A stretch of DNA of 62,160 nucleotides from a virus. Taxonomy: Duplodnaviria; Caudoviricetes. This document shows, in pieces, positions 8,786 through 17,648 of the stretch; the stretch's first letter is position 1, and each line of letters begins with the position of its first letter. The notes under the pieces were generated by a model. That model did no database searches and was not told where the DNA came from. It worked only from the letters and a program-made list of their open reading frames with translations. The translations under genes were made by a program, and so were the position numbers. The stretch covers positions 1 to 62,160 of IMG/VR virus record IMGVR_UViG_3300032753_000025; one strand, given 5' to 3'.

Positions 8786-9145
8786 ATGTCGCTAGAGAAA
8801 CTACACAAAGAGAAAATGTATGTGCTTGGTCCGCTGGAAATAAGCCCCGGAAATTTTGCGGTAGGAGAAAGATCGTATATCGCGATCAAAGACAAGATGC
8901 CGTATTACAATGACATGAGGCAGAAATTTTATTTAAATGGCGATAAAGAGTTTGGAGACGCCATTGGCGAACTTGAGACGCGAGCACTAACGGCAGAAGA
9001 CGCGCTAAAGCGTATGACGTCAGCAAAAAAATCAGCAGAAGCAAAAATAGAAACGCTTAACGATGAAATTAAAGAGCTCAAAGAAGAAATAGTGTTTTTA
9101 AAAAAGGAAAGAGAAAAGAAAAAGAAACAAGAAAAGCAGTTATAA
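8786..9145 (+). CDS. Coiled-coil hypothetical protein
   Basis: GGAGATTGAT-ATG start; heptad-rich C-terminus. Confidence 0.7.
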   Translation: MSLEKLHKEKMYVLGPLEISPGNFAVGERSYIAIKDKMPYYNDMRQKFYLNGDKEFGDAIGELETRALTAEDALKRMTSAKKSAEAKIETLNDEIKELKEEIVFLKKEREKKKKQEKQL

Positions 9146-9177
9146 AAAAGGGCGGGGAAATCCCCGCCTTTTATTTT
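9144..9177. terminator. Bidirectional intrinsic terminator between convergent operons
   Basis: A-tract, GGCGGGGA-AA-TCCCCGCC, T-tract. Confidence 0.85.
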
Positions 9178-9318
9178 GGATCAGGTCCCTCCAGGAATTT
9201 AACCCTGGGTAATGACATTGGGATCTTTCGTCTGCTTGACGACGTTGTCGGCAGCATGTCCTCATCTACTCGCGCGTGTCCAACAAAGTGATTGATCGAT
9301 TTTCTGATATTTTTTCAC
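9171..9318 (-). pseudogene. Frameshifted small ORF (KNIRKSINHF...KIPMSLPRVKFLEGPDPK)
   Basis: The GTG start is one base out of frame across an A6 run; the C-terminus resembles that of gene 5237. Confidence 0.35.
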
Positions 9319-9447
9319 ATCAAGCCCCGTTGATAAGGACTACAAAACAAAACACCCGCAGCGGTTAAGCTACGGGCGCAACAATCCAATTCTTGGTATT
9401 TTTCGTAGCATGATTTGGTAAATTTGTCAATTACAATGTGTTAATAA

Positions 9448-10020
9448 CTATGCAGTCGAAGCTAATTGGTTAGACCATTGCGCAACCATTGCAGCAGCTA
9501 TGCCTTCATATGTCCTGCTTCGTTCTTTCCACCTGTCTGGGCTTGGCGGCATTTTATGAATACGTTGTTCACGCCCATCAACAATATTTGTGGGTTGTAG
9601 TTTTGGTAGCCCTTTTAGCCACAAACAGGTAGCTTTTGTTTCACCATGTCCAAATTGCCACGGTTGTATAATTTGATCTGGTTTGCGGTAAATAGACGAC
9701 ATTATTGAAATGGGATTTTCAATAGCAATCATCGGTATGTCGGCTTTAGCCAACATCATGAAAAACGATACGCTAAAATATTGACGGCCATTTATTTTCT
9801 TAGCGTCAAAATGACGGGCGCCACTGACAGATAAATCAGTGCATGGCGGGTGCGCAATCATTAAATCCCAAGGATAATGCAATAAATCTCTGACATCGCC
9901 TTGATAATGCGGCCCTAGACTTTCGCTAGGCAATAAATCGCAGCTAAGAGCTTCATGCCCCCCCCAGATAAATGCGTCCCTAACAACGCCAGAATATTCG
10001 CAGGCGACTAATACACGCAC
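9448..10020 (-). CDS. Short phage DNA cytosine methyltransferase-like protein
   Basis: VLVACEYSG, SCDL, HYQGDV, IAHPPC (catalytic PC), IENP, QPWQFGH and RSRTYEGIA motifs. Confidence 0.85.
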   Translation of the reverse strand: MRVLVACEYSGVVRDAFIWGGHEALSCDLLPSESLGPHYQGDVRDLLHYPWDLMIAHPPCTDLSVSGARHFDAKKINGRQYFSVSFFMMLAKADIPMIAIENPISIMSSIYRKPDQIIQPWQFGHGETKATCLWLKGLPKLQPTNIVDGREQRIHKMPPSPDRWKERSRTYEGIAAAMVAQWSNQLASTA

Positions 10021-10105
10021 AGATCAAACTTCCCCCGTCGCTTTACCTCAGGCCAAAACTATTTTTGTCACCTTCTCAATTTTAAATGGCATCTTTTCTT
10101 CTTCG

Positions 10106-10810
10106 TCAGAAGGGCACTTCATCCCCATACTCCCAGTCTGAAAAGCCTTGTATGCCGTCAATCGGCACACTGACGTCTATTACTCCATCCTCAGTTTTAC
10201 GCAAAGATGGCTGCAGGGGATCTATTATCCGTGACCTGGCCTCAACTGCCGCCCCCGGAAACGACTGGCGTATCTGCAGCAAGTCGTGGTCCATGCTGAT
10301 GTGATGCGCAATGTCTTTGAGCGTCATGACGACAACATTCCTGCCGTCAACAGTCTTCGTGACTTTAGGAATAGCCTCCTCATTCTTCACAATGACCAAT
10401 ACAGTGCCTTCCATTACTCCGTGGGGGATAGTAGCCTCCCACGTCTCATCGTCTACTGGTGACGCTCCTACGGCCTTTGCAGCACTATCCAGCGCGCGGT
10501 ATGCCTTCACCATGCGTCCAGCTTCTCGCTTGACGTCTTCCAACTGACCCTCCCAGCGGGCCTGAGCCGTCAGGTATCTCTGACGGTCAAACCTTTCCGC
10601 GAGCTCCTTATTGACCAGGAGCCTCAGACGCCCGCGGCCCCAATACCTCTCCATCTCCTCGCCAAGATGATCTGCCTCGTCGAGCGCCTCCTTGCCGGCA
10701 AGGTAGCAGCCCTCAGTGCATTGCCACGGCGGTGGCGTGTAGGCAGAGACGGGGACGCCTCTGTCTGCCTTAGTGGGGGGTGTTTTGCTCTTCCGTGGAC
10801 GCGAAGCCAT
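10106..10810 (-). CDS. Hypothetical protein with an acidic ...GDEVPF C-terminus
   Basis: GGAG RBS; long ORF in the operon. Confidence 0.75.
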   Translation of the reverse strand: MASRPRKSKTPPTKADRGVPVSAYTPPPWQCTEGCYLAGKEALDEADHLGEEMERYWGRGRLRLLVNKELAERFDRQRYLTAQARWEGQLEDVKREAGRMVKAYRALDSAAKAVGASPVDDETWEATIPHGVMEGTVLVIVKNEEAIPKVTKTVDGRNVVVMTLKDIAHHISMDHDLLQIRQSFPGAAVEARSRIIDPLQPSLRKTEDGVIDVSVPIDGIQGFSDWEYGDEVPF

Positions 10811-10994
10811 TTCTTATCTCCTCATATATCAAATCAGACATCAATTTGTGCTGCTCAAACCAAAACTCTTTTGTGTCATACAATGCCGCAATAAGATCTG
10901 CGGCTTCATCCATCAATTCTCTTGTAGGCTCTTCGTATACCATACGGCTAAGAAACGCCTTTATTGCAATTCCTCTGTGATCTATCTCAGACAT
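10770..10994 (-). CDS. Hypothetical protein
   Basis: Overlapping ORF in the operon. Confidence 0.55.
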   Translation of the reverse strand: MSEIDHRGIAIKAFLSRMVYEEPTRELMDEAADLIAALYDTKEFWFEQHKLMSDLIYEEIRNGFASTEEQNTPH

Positions 10995-11589
10995 TGTATC
11001 TTGTTACCTTTGCGTCCCAACGTGATGTTGTAATGAGCTTTGTTCTGTCTGTCGCGTCTTGCGTGATGAATTGCGTGGCGATTGGGCCAATGCCTAACGC
11101 CATCCAGTATCTCGCGCCTGTTGCTGGCTTGCCGTTCCACGATTGCAGATAAGAGAAGACAATAACGTCGTCGTAATGGACGTTTTGCACGATCATTGAC
11201 GTCTGCTCTTCAAACGCAACAATCTGTTCTCCTGACCCAAACGCGGGCGGCCAACACATCAATGGATTAAACTGCGGCTTACTCTCGTATAGCGAGGGTA
11301 TCCCCTGAAACTCTCCCCAGCCAATTGGCGGCAGCATGACAACCTTCTTGTCTCCCGGATAGTCGTCACGCCACTCATTTATCCCTGACCCAACATTATA
11401 CCGGTAATACCACTTGTTAAGCCAAACGCCGTCTCTGTCGTAATTATTGTAAAGCATACTGTCGCTGCCAGTGTCATACGAAAACACTGACGTAAATGAC
11501 GGTTCGTCTGAAGACGTATAATCAAACCGTCTTAGCTCATGCGTCTTAAACAACGGCCAGTATGCCGGGACAAATATTGGATTGCTCAT
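10987..11589 (-). CDS. Hypothetical protein (aromatic-rich, beta-type)
   Basis: 200-aa ORF in the operon. Confidence 0.75.
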   Translation of the reverse strand: MSNPIFVPAYWPLFKTHELRRFDYTSSDEPSFTSVFSYDTGSDSMLYNNYDRDGVWLNKWYYRYNVGSGINEWRDDYPGDKKVVMLPPIGWGEFQGIPSLYESKPQFNPLMCWPPAFGSGEQIVAFEEQTSMIVQNVHYDDVIVFSYLQSWNGKPATGARYWMALGIGPIATQFITQDATDRTKLITTSRWDAKVTRYNV

Positions 11590-11638
11590 TTGATTGCCTT
11601 TTGTAAGCTTCGTGCGTCATATTATGGAAATGTGTAGC

Positions 11639-11839
11639 CTATGGGCTACGTTTATGGTTATCTAGTTCATAAAAAAACTTATAGTCTTCAGCCTCTTTTT
11701 TAAAATGTTCAATTTTCCCATCTTTTGTCTGCAAGCAGTATAAAGCGTTGACACATACTTTTGCATCTTCTGGCCTTCCTTCTTTTTGAAGGCGTATAAT
11801 TAATTCAATTAGTTCTGAATATTTCTTTTCTCTCGTCAT
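11639..11839 (-). CDS. Hypothetical protein
   Basis: GAGGGG RBS. Confidence 0.6.
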   Translation of the reverse strand: MTREKKYSELIELIIRLQKEGRPEDAKVCVNALYCLQTKDGKIEHFKKEAEDYKFFYELDNHKRSP

Positions 11840-11949
11840 TTCTTTATTCCCCTCACGGCATGCTTCAATTTCTTAATCTTCTTGCGTAACTTCTTAATCT
11901 CCTGCGCCAGTAAGGCGATAGGGTCTTCCTTCGTTTCTGACATCGACAT
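11836..11949 (-). CDS. Small basic peptide (MSMSETKEDPIALLAQEIKKLRKK...)
   Basis: Coupled to neighbours at both ends. Confidence 0.5.
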   Translation of the reverse strand: MSMSETKEDPIALLAQEIKKLRKKIKKLKHAVRGIKK

Positions 11950-12380
11950 CAACCCTCAATTTCTTCTAACCACTCGTCATATTCTTCAGGCGACATAAAA
12001 TAATTAAGGATTACACCTGCCGCTTCCAATACTTTTTTGTCTCCTGTTTCTGTGTCTAACTTGCAAAGCAAATACGTGCCTTTCATTTCTTGAATGATAA
12101 TTGCATCAATCTGTTCTAGCGTCATCTCAATCAAATAGGATTTTGTTGCCGGCGGCCTCTCGACAAGAAGCTCAAAGTCCTCTTCCTTCTCGCCTTCGTC
12201 AGTAACTTCGTCTACGTCGAACTCTTCGCAGTTTGCCTCTTGCGCCTCTATGGCGGCGTTGAGGATCTTCCTAAAGTCTTCGCGGCATTTCAGGCGATTG
12301 CCCCAAGACAGGCGGGGATACGATCCCTCACCCATTGCCATTACCGCCGCGTCAAGTGCCTTGTCTGTCCAGTCAATCAT
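11949..12380 (-). CDS. Acidic hypothetical protein (MIDWTD...)
   Basis: AGGGG RBS, ATGA coupling. Confidence 0.7.
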   Translation of the reverse strand: MIDWTDKALDAAVMAMGEGSYPRLSWGNRLKCREDFRKILNAAIEAQEANCEEFDVDEVTDEGEKEEDFELLVERPPATKSYLIEMTLEQIDAIIIQEMKGTYLLCKLDTETGDKKVLEAAGVILNYFMSPEEYDEWLEEIEG

Positions 12381-12493
12381 AGTTTTTTCCCCTTCCAATG
12401 CATTTGAAAGATTAGCCCGACAACCAATACCCAAATCACCACTAATGCTATCGCAAAGCCGACGGCGTCAAACAGCCTTTTCAATATCGCCAT
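12377..12493 (-). CDS. Single-TM micropeptide (38 aa)
   Basis: MAILKRLFDAVGFAIALVVIWVLVVGLIFQMHWKGKKL; coupled at both ends. Confidence 0.65.
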   Translation of the reverse strand: MAILKRLFDAVGFAIALVVIWVLVVGLIFQMHWKGKKL

Positions 12494-12588
12494 CAGTCCC
12501 ACCCATTAAGCAAACCGTCCGCAAGGTAGGCGACGAATGCTGCGATAATAATACAAATCGCGTATCCCATAACATCTTCGCCGGTCAT
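12493..12588 (-). CDS. Single-TM micropeptide (31 aa)
   Basis: MTGEDVMGYAICIIIAAFVAYLADGLLNGWD; GGAGG RBS, TAATG/TGATG coupling. Confidence 0.65.
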   Translation of the reverse strand: MTGEDVMGYAICIIIAAFVAYLADGLLNGWD

Positions 12589-12683
12589 TACCACCTCCCC
12601 TTGACTAAGAACCCCCAGGTGATGCCGGCGATAAGCCAAGACACAAAAAAGAATGATACAAGTCCACACTCAGCTGAGCTCAT
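12588..12683 (-). CDS. Single-TM micropeptide (31 aa)
   Basis: MSSAECGLVSFFFVSWLIAGITWGFLVKGRW; GGAGG RBS, ATGA coupling. Confidence 0.65.
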   Translation of the reverse strand: MSSAECGLVSFFFVSWLIAGITWGFLVKGRW

Positions 12684-13072
12684 TGCGTATCCTCCTTGAT
12701 CTTGTCAAGCACCCACGCCGACACCTCAGGCCAGTGCTCTGACAGCTTCCACCAATACAAGTTCCTGGCCACGCGCCCTTGCGCCGTGTTGTATCCAATC
12801 TGATACACCCGCATGCGGGGCGTCCCATTACCCCTCGGTCTGTCCGTCCTCGCGTCCAACACGCGTAAGCTTAACCAACCGTCCCTCGACCACGCCGTCA
12901 GCTCACTCAACTCCCAACCGTCACGTTCGCCGATGAGCCTCTCGTCCGACCTAATCTTATACGACCGATTGCCAATCATCCGGCTTCCCACCGTCTGAAC
13001 TCCCGCCGGCCCATTGTCCGTTTTGCCCATCACCCAATGATCCTTCCTACTAAGTCCATTTTTGTCAACCAC
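12680..13072 (-). CDS. Hypothetical protein
   Basis: ORF immediately downstream of the origin. Confidence 0.6.
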   Translation of the reverse strand: MVDKNGLSRKDHWVMGKTDNGPAGVQTVGSRMIGNRSYKIRSDERLIGERDGWELSELTAWSRDGWLSLRVLDARTDRPRGNGTPRMRVYQIGYNTAQGRVARNLYWWKLSEHWPEVSAWVLDKIKEDTQ

Positions 13073-13119
13073 CCTGTGTGTCGGCGAGCGGGCGCGCGAC
13101 CCTGAGGGAGCGCCCCGCG

Positions 13120-13335
13120 AAGCCCTTATACACTAATGTGTATAAGGCCCCACTTCCGCAAATTACTTCCGCAAGTTAAGTCTTTGATTTTAAATGTTTT
13201 GAGAAAGTGACCGGAAGTATTTGCGGAAGTAATTTGCGGAAGTGAGTATTTCATTTGTTTTCAGTGCCTTATTTGCGGAAGTAATTTTTTTCTGGTTAAT
13301 TTGCGGAAGTGTCTTTTGGTTACTTCCGCAATTAC
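13120..13335. repeat. Putative replication origin: 10-bp iterons, palindrome and IHF-like site
   Basis: TTGCGGAAGT at 13221, 13234, 13273 and 13301; its reverse complement at 13152, 13165 and 13322; palindrome CCTTATACAC-TAAT-GTGTATAAGG; AATCAAAGACTTA (- strand) fits WATCAANNNNTTR; AT-rich; just downstream of the primase. Confidence 0.8.
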
Positions 13336-15584
13336 CGGTCGTATTTTTTACGCTTAAAGTCGGGCAGCCAATTGTCACCAAGCTTGTAGCTCGTGACCTT
13401 TGTGTTCTTGTTATACTCTTCGGAAATGATACGGCGCACATACCAGTCGTCTATGATTTCTTCCGCTTCCTTGTGTTCAATTTTAAAGAGTGTGTGCATG
13501 TTCTTCCTGAAGTCCCTGGACGTGTTCTTTGCCATAGACCAACCACGACCGTCCTCAAAGTCATCTTGAAGGGCGTTCAAGATGTTGAAGCACAGGACGG
13601 CGTCCCTCTTCTTTCCGCCGACGTGGATGCGTCCAGTCTCCTGGGCATTGCCAAAGTCAGCATGAGAACGAACCGGTTCATTATCTTTTTTTGTCGTTGC
13701 GTCGAACATTCGCGTAACAGTCAGTGACGTGTTTCCTGATATCAGTGGCGTCAAGTGAATGCCAAAGTCCCACGTCCACCCGTCAGGCGCAGATTTGATC
13801 TTCTTGGCCATGATCTGGCCTTCCATTGCACCCTCCTCACGAGCGATCAGGAAAGACCCGTCGGCGGCACCGTCAAATACCGTTGAGCCTCTCATATTTG
13901 CCCCCTGACGGCCCGTGTGATGCACGCCAAGAGTGCAGCAGCCGAACTTGGATTTGATGCGGTCGCACGCCCGGATAAAGAGCGTCATGTCCTTTTGCAG
14001 GTTTTCGTCTGCGCCAGGCAGGACACGAGAGACAGTGTCGATGACGATAAGGACCGGCACCTCGCCTTCCATGCCTTGGATAGCCTTGTCGATTGTGCGT
14101 ATGAGCTTGTCGATGTCCTCCTCATTCATAAAGTTCATGCTCTCATCAAGCAGGCGAAAAGGAAGAGGGGGAGCGCCAAGACCGTTGTTTTCCGACCACG
14201 CCTTGATGCGGAATTTCATGTCAGTGACGCCTTCAGAGCTGATGTATAGGACCGGCCCAGACCGCTCTATAGGCTTCTCCCACCAGTCAGGAAGGCCAGC
14301 AGCAATGGAAAGCGCCATATCCAGCACGATAAAGGTTTTGCAGCATCCGGGAGCTCCGTAGACGAAGCAAAGGCCATTCTCGATTAAGAGATCCTTGATC
14401 AAGTAACGTGGATCAGGGAGATCATATATCTCCTGGATGGTCAGCGTCCTGAAGACGCTGGGGTCCCTCATCAGGGTGGATATTTGCTCAGGCTTGAGAT
14501 TAAACTCTTCCTCGTCGGGATTAACGCTGTCTGTTGCGTCTTGTCTGTGCTCAAGCCTCTCATGCTTTGGGGGAGGGCCGGCCTCCGCGTATTGCTTGAT
14601 CTTCGTGTCCCACTTGCGCAGGGCGTCGTGTATCTTCTCCGTGAAGAGCGTAAGGCCGCGGCCCTCGCGCTCAAGCAAGTCATGCTTTTTCGCAATGGGA
14701 TCATCAATGCGCGTCTTAACCAGCGACACGTATTGCTTGAACAAATCAATCGCTATGCGCTGTATGCGGTTAGGGTCGGGGTATGTTGGGTCCTTGCGCC
14801 GCTCGTCTAGCATACGGCCAAAGATCATCTTGGCCATCTGGCTTTCGCGCCCGTCGGTTATCATACCGAACTCGTTCTTTTGGACACCCGTCATGCCGTG
14901 ACCAGAAACCGGCGGCAATATTTCATAGGTTCTTGGATTGACGGCCTCGTGAGGCATGTTGCCGCCGTTTTCTAATACAAGACGCTCGACCTCCTCGCAC
15001 AGCCACGTCGTGGCGACCGCGACCTCTATGTTCCAGGGCTCGAAGCCTTCGTCCCATATGTAATTATTGCCGGTCTCGTGCAGTGACGGCGCAGACACCA
15101 CAAATCCGCCGCGGCCTCTAATGTCGATGCCTTGAGGCGTCTTTATTGTGGGCGGAACCCATCCCGGAGGAGCTCTGAAAAAATAATGCTTACCACCCCC
15201 GCCAGTCGTCGCCCTTGGCGTGTCAGGGAGTATGCCGCCCGCGTGATCGTCGTGAATGCCTTGCCACCACACCGCAGGGAATGTGTTCTTGTGTAGGTCT
15301 AGATCGATGACGAATAAAGACTGCGAGCACTCGCCAGTGACGATGCCCATATTAATGCGCTTACAGTAAAGACCGTCAGCGCCATACCACTTGTTGAATA
15401 ATTCGTCTGACGTAAGTTCGCGCTCGTGCTCCGCCCACTTTACAATAGGCTGCTTGCAGCTCTTGCCTGGCTTTGCCTCTGACGGCAGCATGACAGGAAC
15501 AACCTGCCACCCAAGTGATCGATACATACGCGCCCACTGTGATGGTGACGCGTATTCTTGCTCAAAAGCTTCCATATGTTCCAT
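13332..15584 (-). CDS. Bifunctional primase-polymerase / RepA-like (AAA_25) helicase
   Basis: Prim-Pol motifs NMGIVTG, VIDLD, TGGGGKHYFF, DIRGRGGFVV.APS; helicase GAPGCCKT, VIDT, VHHTG, RGS. Confidence 0.92.
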   Translation of the reverse strand: MEHMEAFEQEYASPSQWARMYRSLGWQVVPVMLPSEAKPGKSCKQPIVKWAEHERELTSDELFNKWYGADGLYCKRINMGIVTGECSQSLFVIDLDLHKNTFPAVWWQGIHDDHAGGILPDTPRATTGGGGKHYFFRAPPGWVPPTIKTPQGIDIRGRGGFVVSAPSLHETGNNYIWDEGFEPWNIEVAVATTWLCEEVERLVLENGGNMPHEAVNPRTYEILPPVSGHGMTGVQKNEFGMITDGRESQMAKMIFGRMLDERRKDPTYPDPNRIQRIAIDLFKQYVSLVKTRIDDPIAKKHDLLEREGRGLTLFTEKIHDALRKWDTKIKQYAEAGPPPKHERLEHRQDATDSVNPDEEEFNLKPEQISTLMRDPSVFRTLTIQEIYDLPDPRYLIKDLLIENGLCFVYGAPGCCKTFIVLDMALSIAAGLPDWWEKPIERSGPVLYISSEGVTDMKFRIKAWSENNGLGAPPLPFRLLDESMNFMNEEDIDKLIRTIDKAIQGMEGEVPVLIVIDTVSRVLPGADENLQKDMTLFIRACDRIKSKFGCCTLGVHHTGRQGANMRGSTVFDGAADGSFLIAREEGAMEGQIMAKKIKSAPDGWTWDFGIHLTPLISGNTSLTVTRMFDATTKKDNEPVRSHADFGNAQETGRIHVGGKKRDAVLCFNILNALQDDFEDGRGWSMAKNTSRDFRKNMHTLFKIEHKEAEEIIDDWYVRRIISEEYNKNTKVTSYKLGDNWLPDFKRKKYDR

Positions 15585-15599
15585 TTTATCACCTCAATA

Positions 15600-16160
15600 T
15601 CAAACAATACGTAAGAAAACGCCGTGTAATTCCATAGACGCTTTTTTATATGCCTCAGAAGCTTCTTCAGGAGATGAAAAATAACCAAGAAGTCTTGTTT
15701 TCCCATTAACGTGAATTGCAGCACGCCATTTATTTTTTTCGGTGTTAAAAGAAACTCCTTTATAACCACTATTATTTCTGGAGCTCTTTTTCGCATTCCA
15801 CCCATTTTGATGAATGGTGGCTTCCCTTAAGTTTTCTATTTTATTATTTGTGCCATCTCCATCTACGTGATCAATAATCAAAGGTGGCTCGGTGCCGTAA
15901 TGTAGTTTCCAAACAATTCTATGGGCAAGTGTGCTTTTACCAAGTAAACTAATTTCAATATAACAATTTTCAGATTGTTTTCTTTTAATACTCCCTGCCC
16001 TTTCACCTGCAAACTGAGTATTAAAAATATTAAAAGATCTTTTATCAACAAACATAGATAAAGGTCTGCTTTTCCAAAAAAGCCAACCGCTTTCTTTGTC
16101 ATAGTCAAATAGTTGACTAAGTAAACAAGTGTCTGGTAATATCCTAACTGACATAGCCAT
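15600..16160 (-). CDS. HNH homing endonuclease with C-terminal AP2 domain
   Basis: AHRIVW..DHVDGDGTNNKIENLR; SGYKGVS..KWRAAI..LGYF..PEEA. Confidence 0.92.
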   Translation of the reverse strand: MAMSVRILPDTCLLSQLFDYDKESGWLFWKSRPLSMFVDKRSFNIFNTQFAGERAGSIKRKQSENCYIEISLLGKSTLAHRIVWKLHYGTEPPLIIDHVDGDGTNNKIENLREATIHQNGWNAKKSSRNNSGYKGVSFNTEKNKWRAAIHVNGKTRLLGYFSSPEEASEAYKKASMELHGVFLRIV

Positions 16161-16225
16161 TTCCTTTTTGGTGATGTCTCTTCCAATGGTTAACTTTTTA
16201 GGCCCGGTTGCAGCCGGGTCTTTTT

Positions 16226-16411
16226 TTATTCTTTTTGATCTGTTCGTTTTGGCATTAATGGCTCCCCCTCGCCAATCCATCTGTATAAGCATGCATAGAA
16301 GCAATGCGGCGGCGGCAATTCACTTTCGAACTCCCAACCAATTTCAACATACGCATCAACACGAGAGTGCGGCACGTAAGCATAATATTGCTCAGGAAGC
16401 TTGGTGTTCAT
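16226..16411 (-). CDS. Hypothetical protein
   Basis: GGAG RBS. Confidence 0.6.
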   Translation of the reverse strand: MNTKLPEQYYAYVPHSRVDAYVEIGWEFESELPPPHCFYACLYRWIGEGEPLMPKRTDQKE

Positions 16412-16548
16412 TGGTTGTCTCCCAATATTTTACGGGCTTATCGTGTGAACTTCGTGCGTCATATTTGGTTCGTATGTAGGCTTCGTGATCCATATTTAGA
16501 CGTATGTGAAATTCGACATAATTCTCAATTATGAGGGATTTGTAATAT

Positions 16549-16767
16549 TTACTGCTCAGTAAAATTTTTATCTTTTTTCATTTGGGAACTATTGTATTTA
16601 CCGTTCGGTAAAATCTGCCAAAAATGTTCACACGGGCCTTTGTAATCATCAGGCCAGATGAAATATGATTGCCAGTATTCACAAGGCTTTGTGCCGCTAT
16701 CTTTGTGTCGGTAACATTCGTTCGACTTTGGACAATCAGTTACAGCGCACATGCTGATGTCAGGCAT
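16549..16767 (-). CDS. Small Cys-rich protein (MPDISMC...CP...CYR)
   Basis: DISMC/CPxxxxCYR/CEHFW pattern typical of a small phage family. Confidence 0.75.
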   Translation of the reverse strand: MPDISMCAVTDCPKSNECYRHKDSGTKPCEYWQSYFIWPDDYKGPCEHFWQILPNGKYNSSQMKKDKNFTEQ

Positions 16768-17086
16768 TTTCTAATACCTTACGGGCTTGGCGTGGGTCTT
16801 TAATAGTTATGCCAAACGCTATCGACATATCGTCGTTGCCAAGGTGAACATCGCTGGCATCAGCAAATGGTTTAAGCGCCGCCTTTAATTCAGCGACACG
16901 GTCTGTCAGGGCAACCATTGCGTCCGTAACCAAAACGGCGTCCCGTTCTAATACCTCGATAACGTCGGCGGCTTTAAGCGCATCTTCTGGGTCAACCGTA
17001 GGCGCCATTTCCACACATTTCAATGTGTCTCGGGCAGCAATACCGTCACGACGCAATCGCTTCACGAGGTCTGAATAGTCACTCAT
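16760..17086 (-). CDS. DLVKRLR-family paralogue
   Basis: MSDYSDLVKRLR...ELKAALKPFA...ARKVLE. Confidence 0.75.
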   Translation of the reverse strand: MSDYSDLVKRLRRDGIAARDTLKCVEMAPTVDPEDALKAADVIEVLERDAVLVTDAMVALTDRVAELKAALKPFADASDVHLGNDDMSIAFGITIKDPRQARKVLENA

Positions 17087-17340
17087 TCCTTCTCTCCCAA
17101 TACCTTACGGGCTTGGCGTACTACGCCAAGCGTAAAAGCAAACGTGCGGTCATCCTCTGGGACGAAGTCAGAGTATCTTTGTTCGCAAGCTGTTGCCTTA
17201 TCAGCAAACGGTCGTAGTGCTGCCTCTAACTCAGCAATCCGCTTTGCTTGCGCCTCAATAGCGTTTGCTGCATCGTGGCAGTCACCAGTCCATACTGGAT
17301 AGTCACGCAACCGCTTCACAAGGTCGGTGTAATCTGTCAT
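17083..17340 (-). CDS. DLVKRLR-family paralogue
   Basis: MTDYTDLVKRLR...AIEAQAKRIAELEAALRPFA...ARKVLGEKE. Confidence 0.75.
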   Translation of the reverse strand: MTDYTDLVKRLRDYPVWTGDCHDAANAIEAQAKRIAELEAALRPFADKATACEQRYSDFVPEDDRTFAFTLGVVRQARKVLGEKE

Positions 17341-17648
17341 TCCTCCTCTCCCAATGCCTTACGAGCGGCCTCAAACTCATGTAGCCGTTCTTTTATGCAA
17401 TTGTAATTAGTATTACCTATGTCCATACGTAAATCATGCTCAAAAGCATCAAGAGAACCATTGACACTGTTATATAACTTATGAGCCAATTCTAGCGCCG
17501 ACTCTAGTTCAGAAATGCGCATATTCAACATTGCAATTTCAGCTTCCAGATACCATTCTCTCGTTCGTGCATCTGTCATCGCTACTAGTTCTCTCTGTGC
17601 GTCGGTTACTGGCGGCCCGTCAAATAATCCCATTACTTCTCTCCCCAC
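17337..17648 (-). CDS. Related paralogue (shared RISELESAL and ARKALGEEE)
   Basis: C-terminal similarity to its neighbours; likely start at MGLFD (17633). Confidence 0.65.
   Translation of the reverse strand: MGREVMGLFDGPPVTDAQRELVAMTDARTREWYLEAEIAMLNMRISELESALELAHKLYNSVNGSLDAFEHDLRMDIGNTNYNCIKERLHEFEAARKALGEEE

Noticed and set aside
13150-13335. Iterons as a mini-CRISPR, and the overlapping ORFs 13190..13441 and 13242..13727
   Set aside because: The repeats are 10 bp, in both orientations and irregularly spaced, so an origin fits better. The ORFs are low-complexity or antisense shadows.
14330-14360. Atypical Walker A (GAPGCCKT) as helicase inactivation
   Set aside because: The Lys-Thr pair and the other motifs are intact; one substitution is not sufficient evidence.
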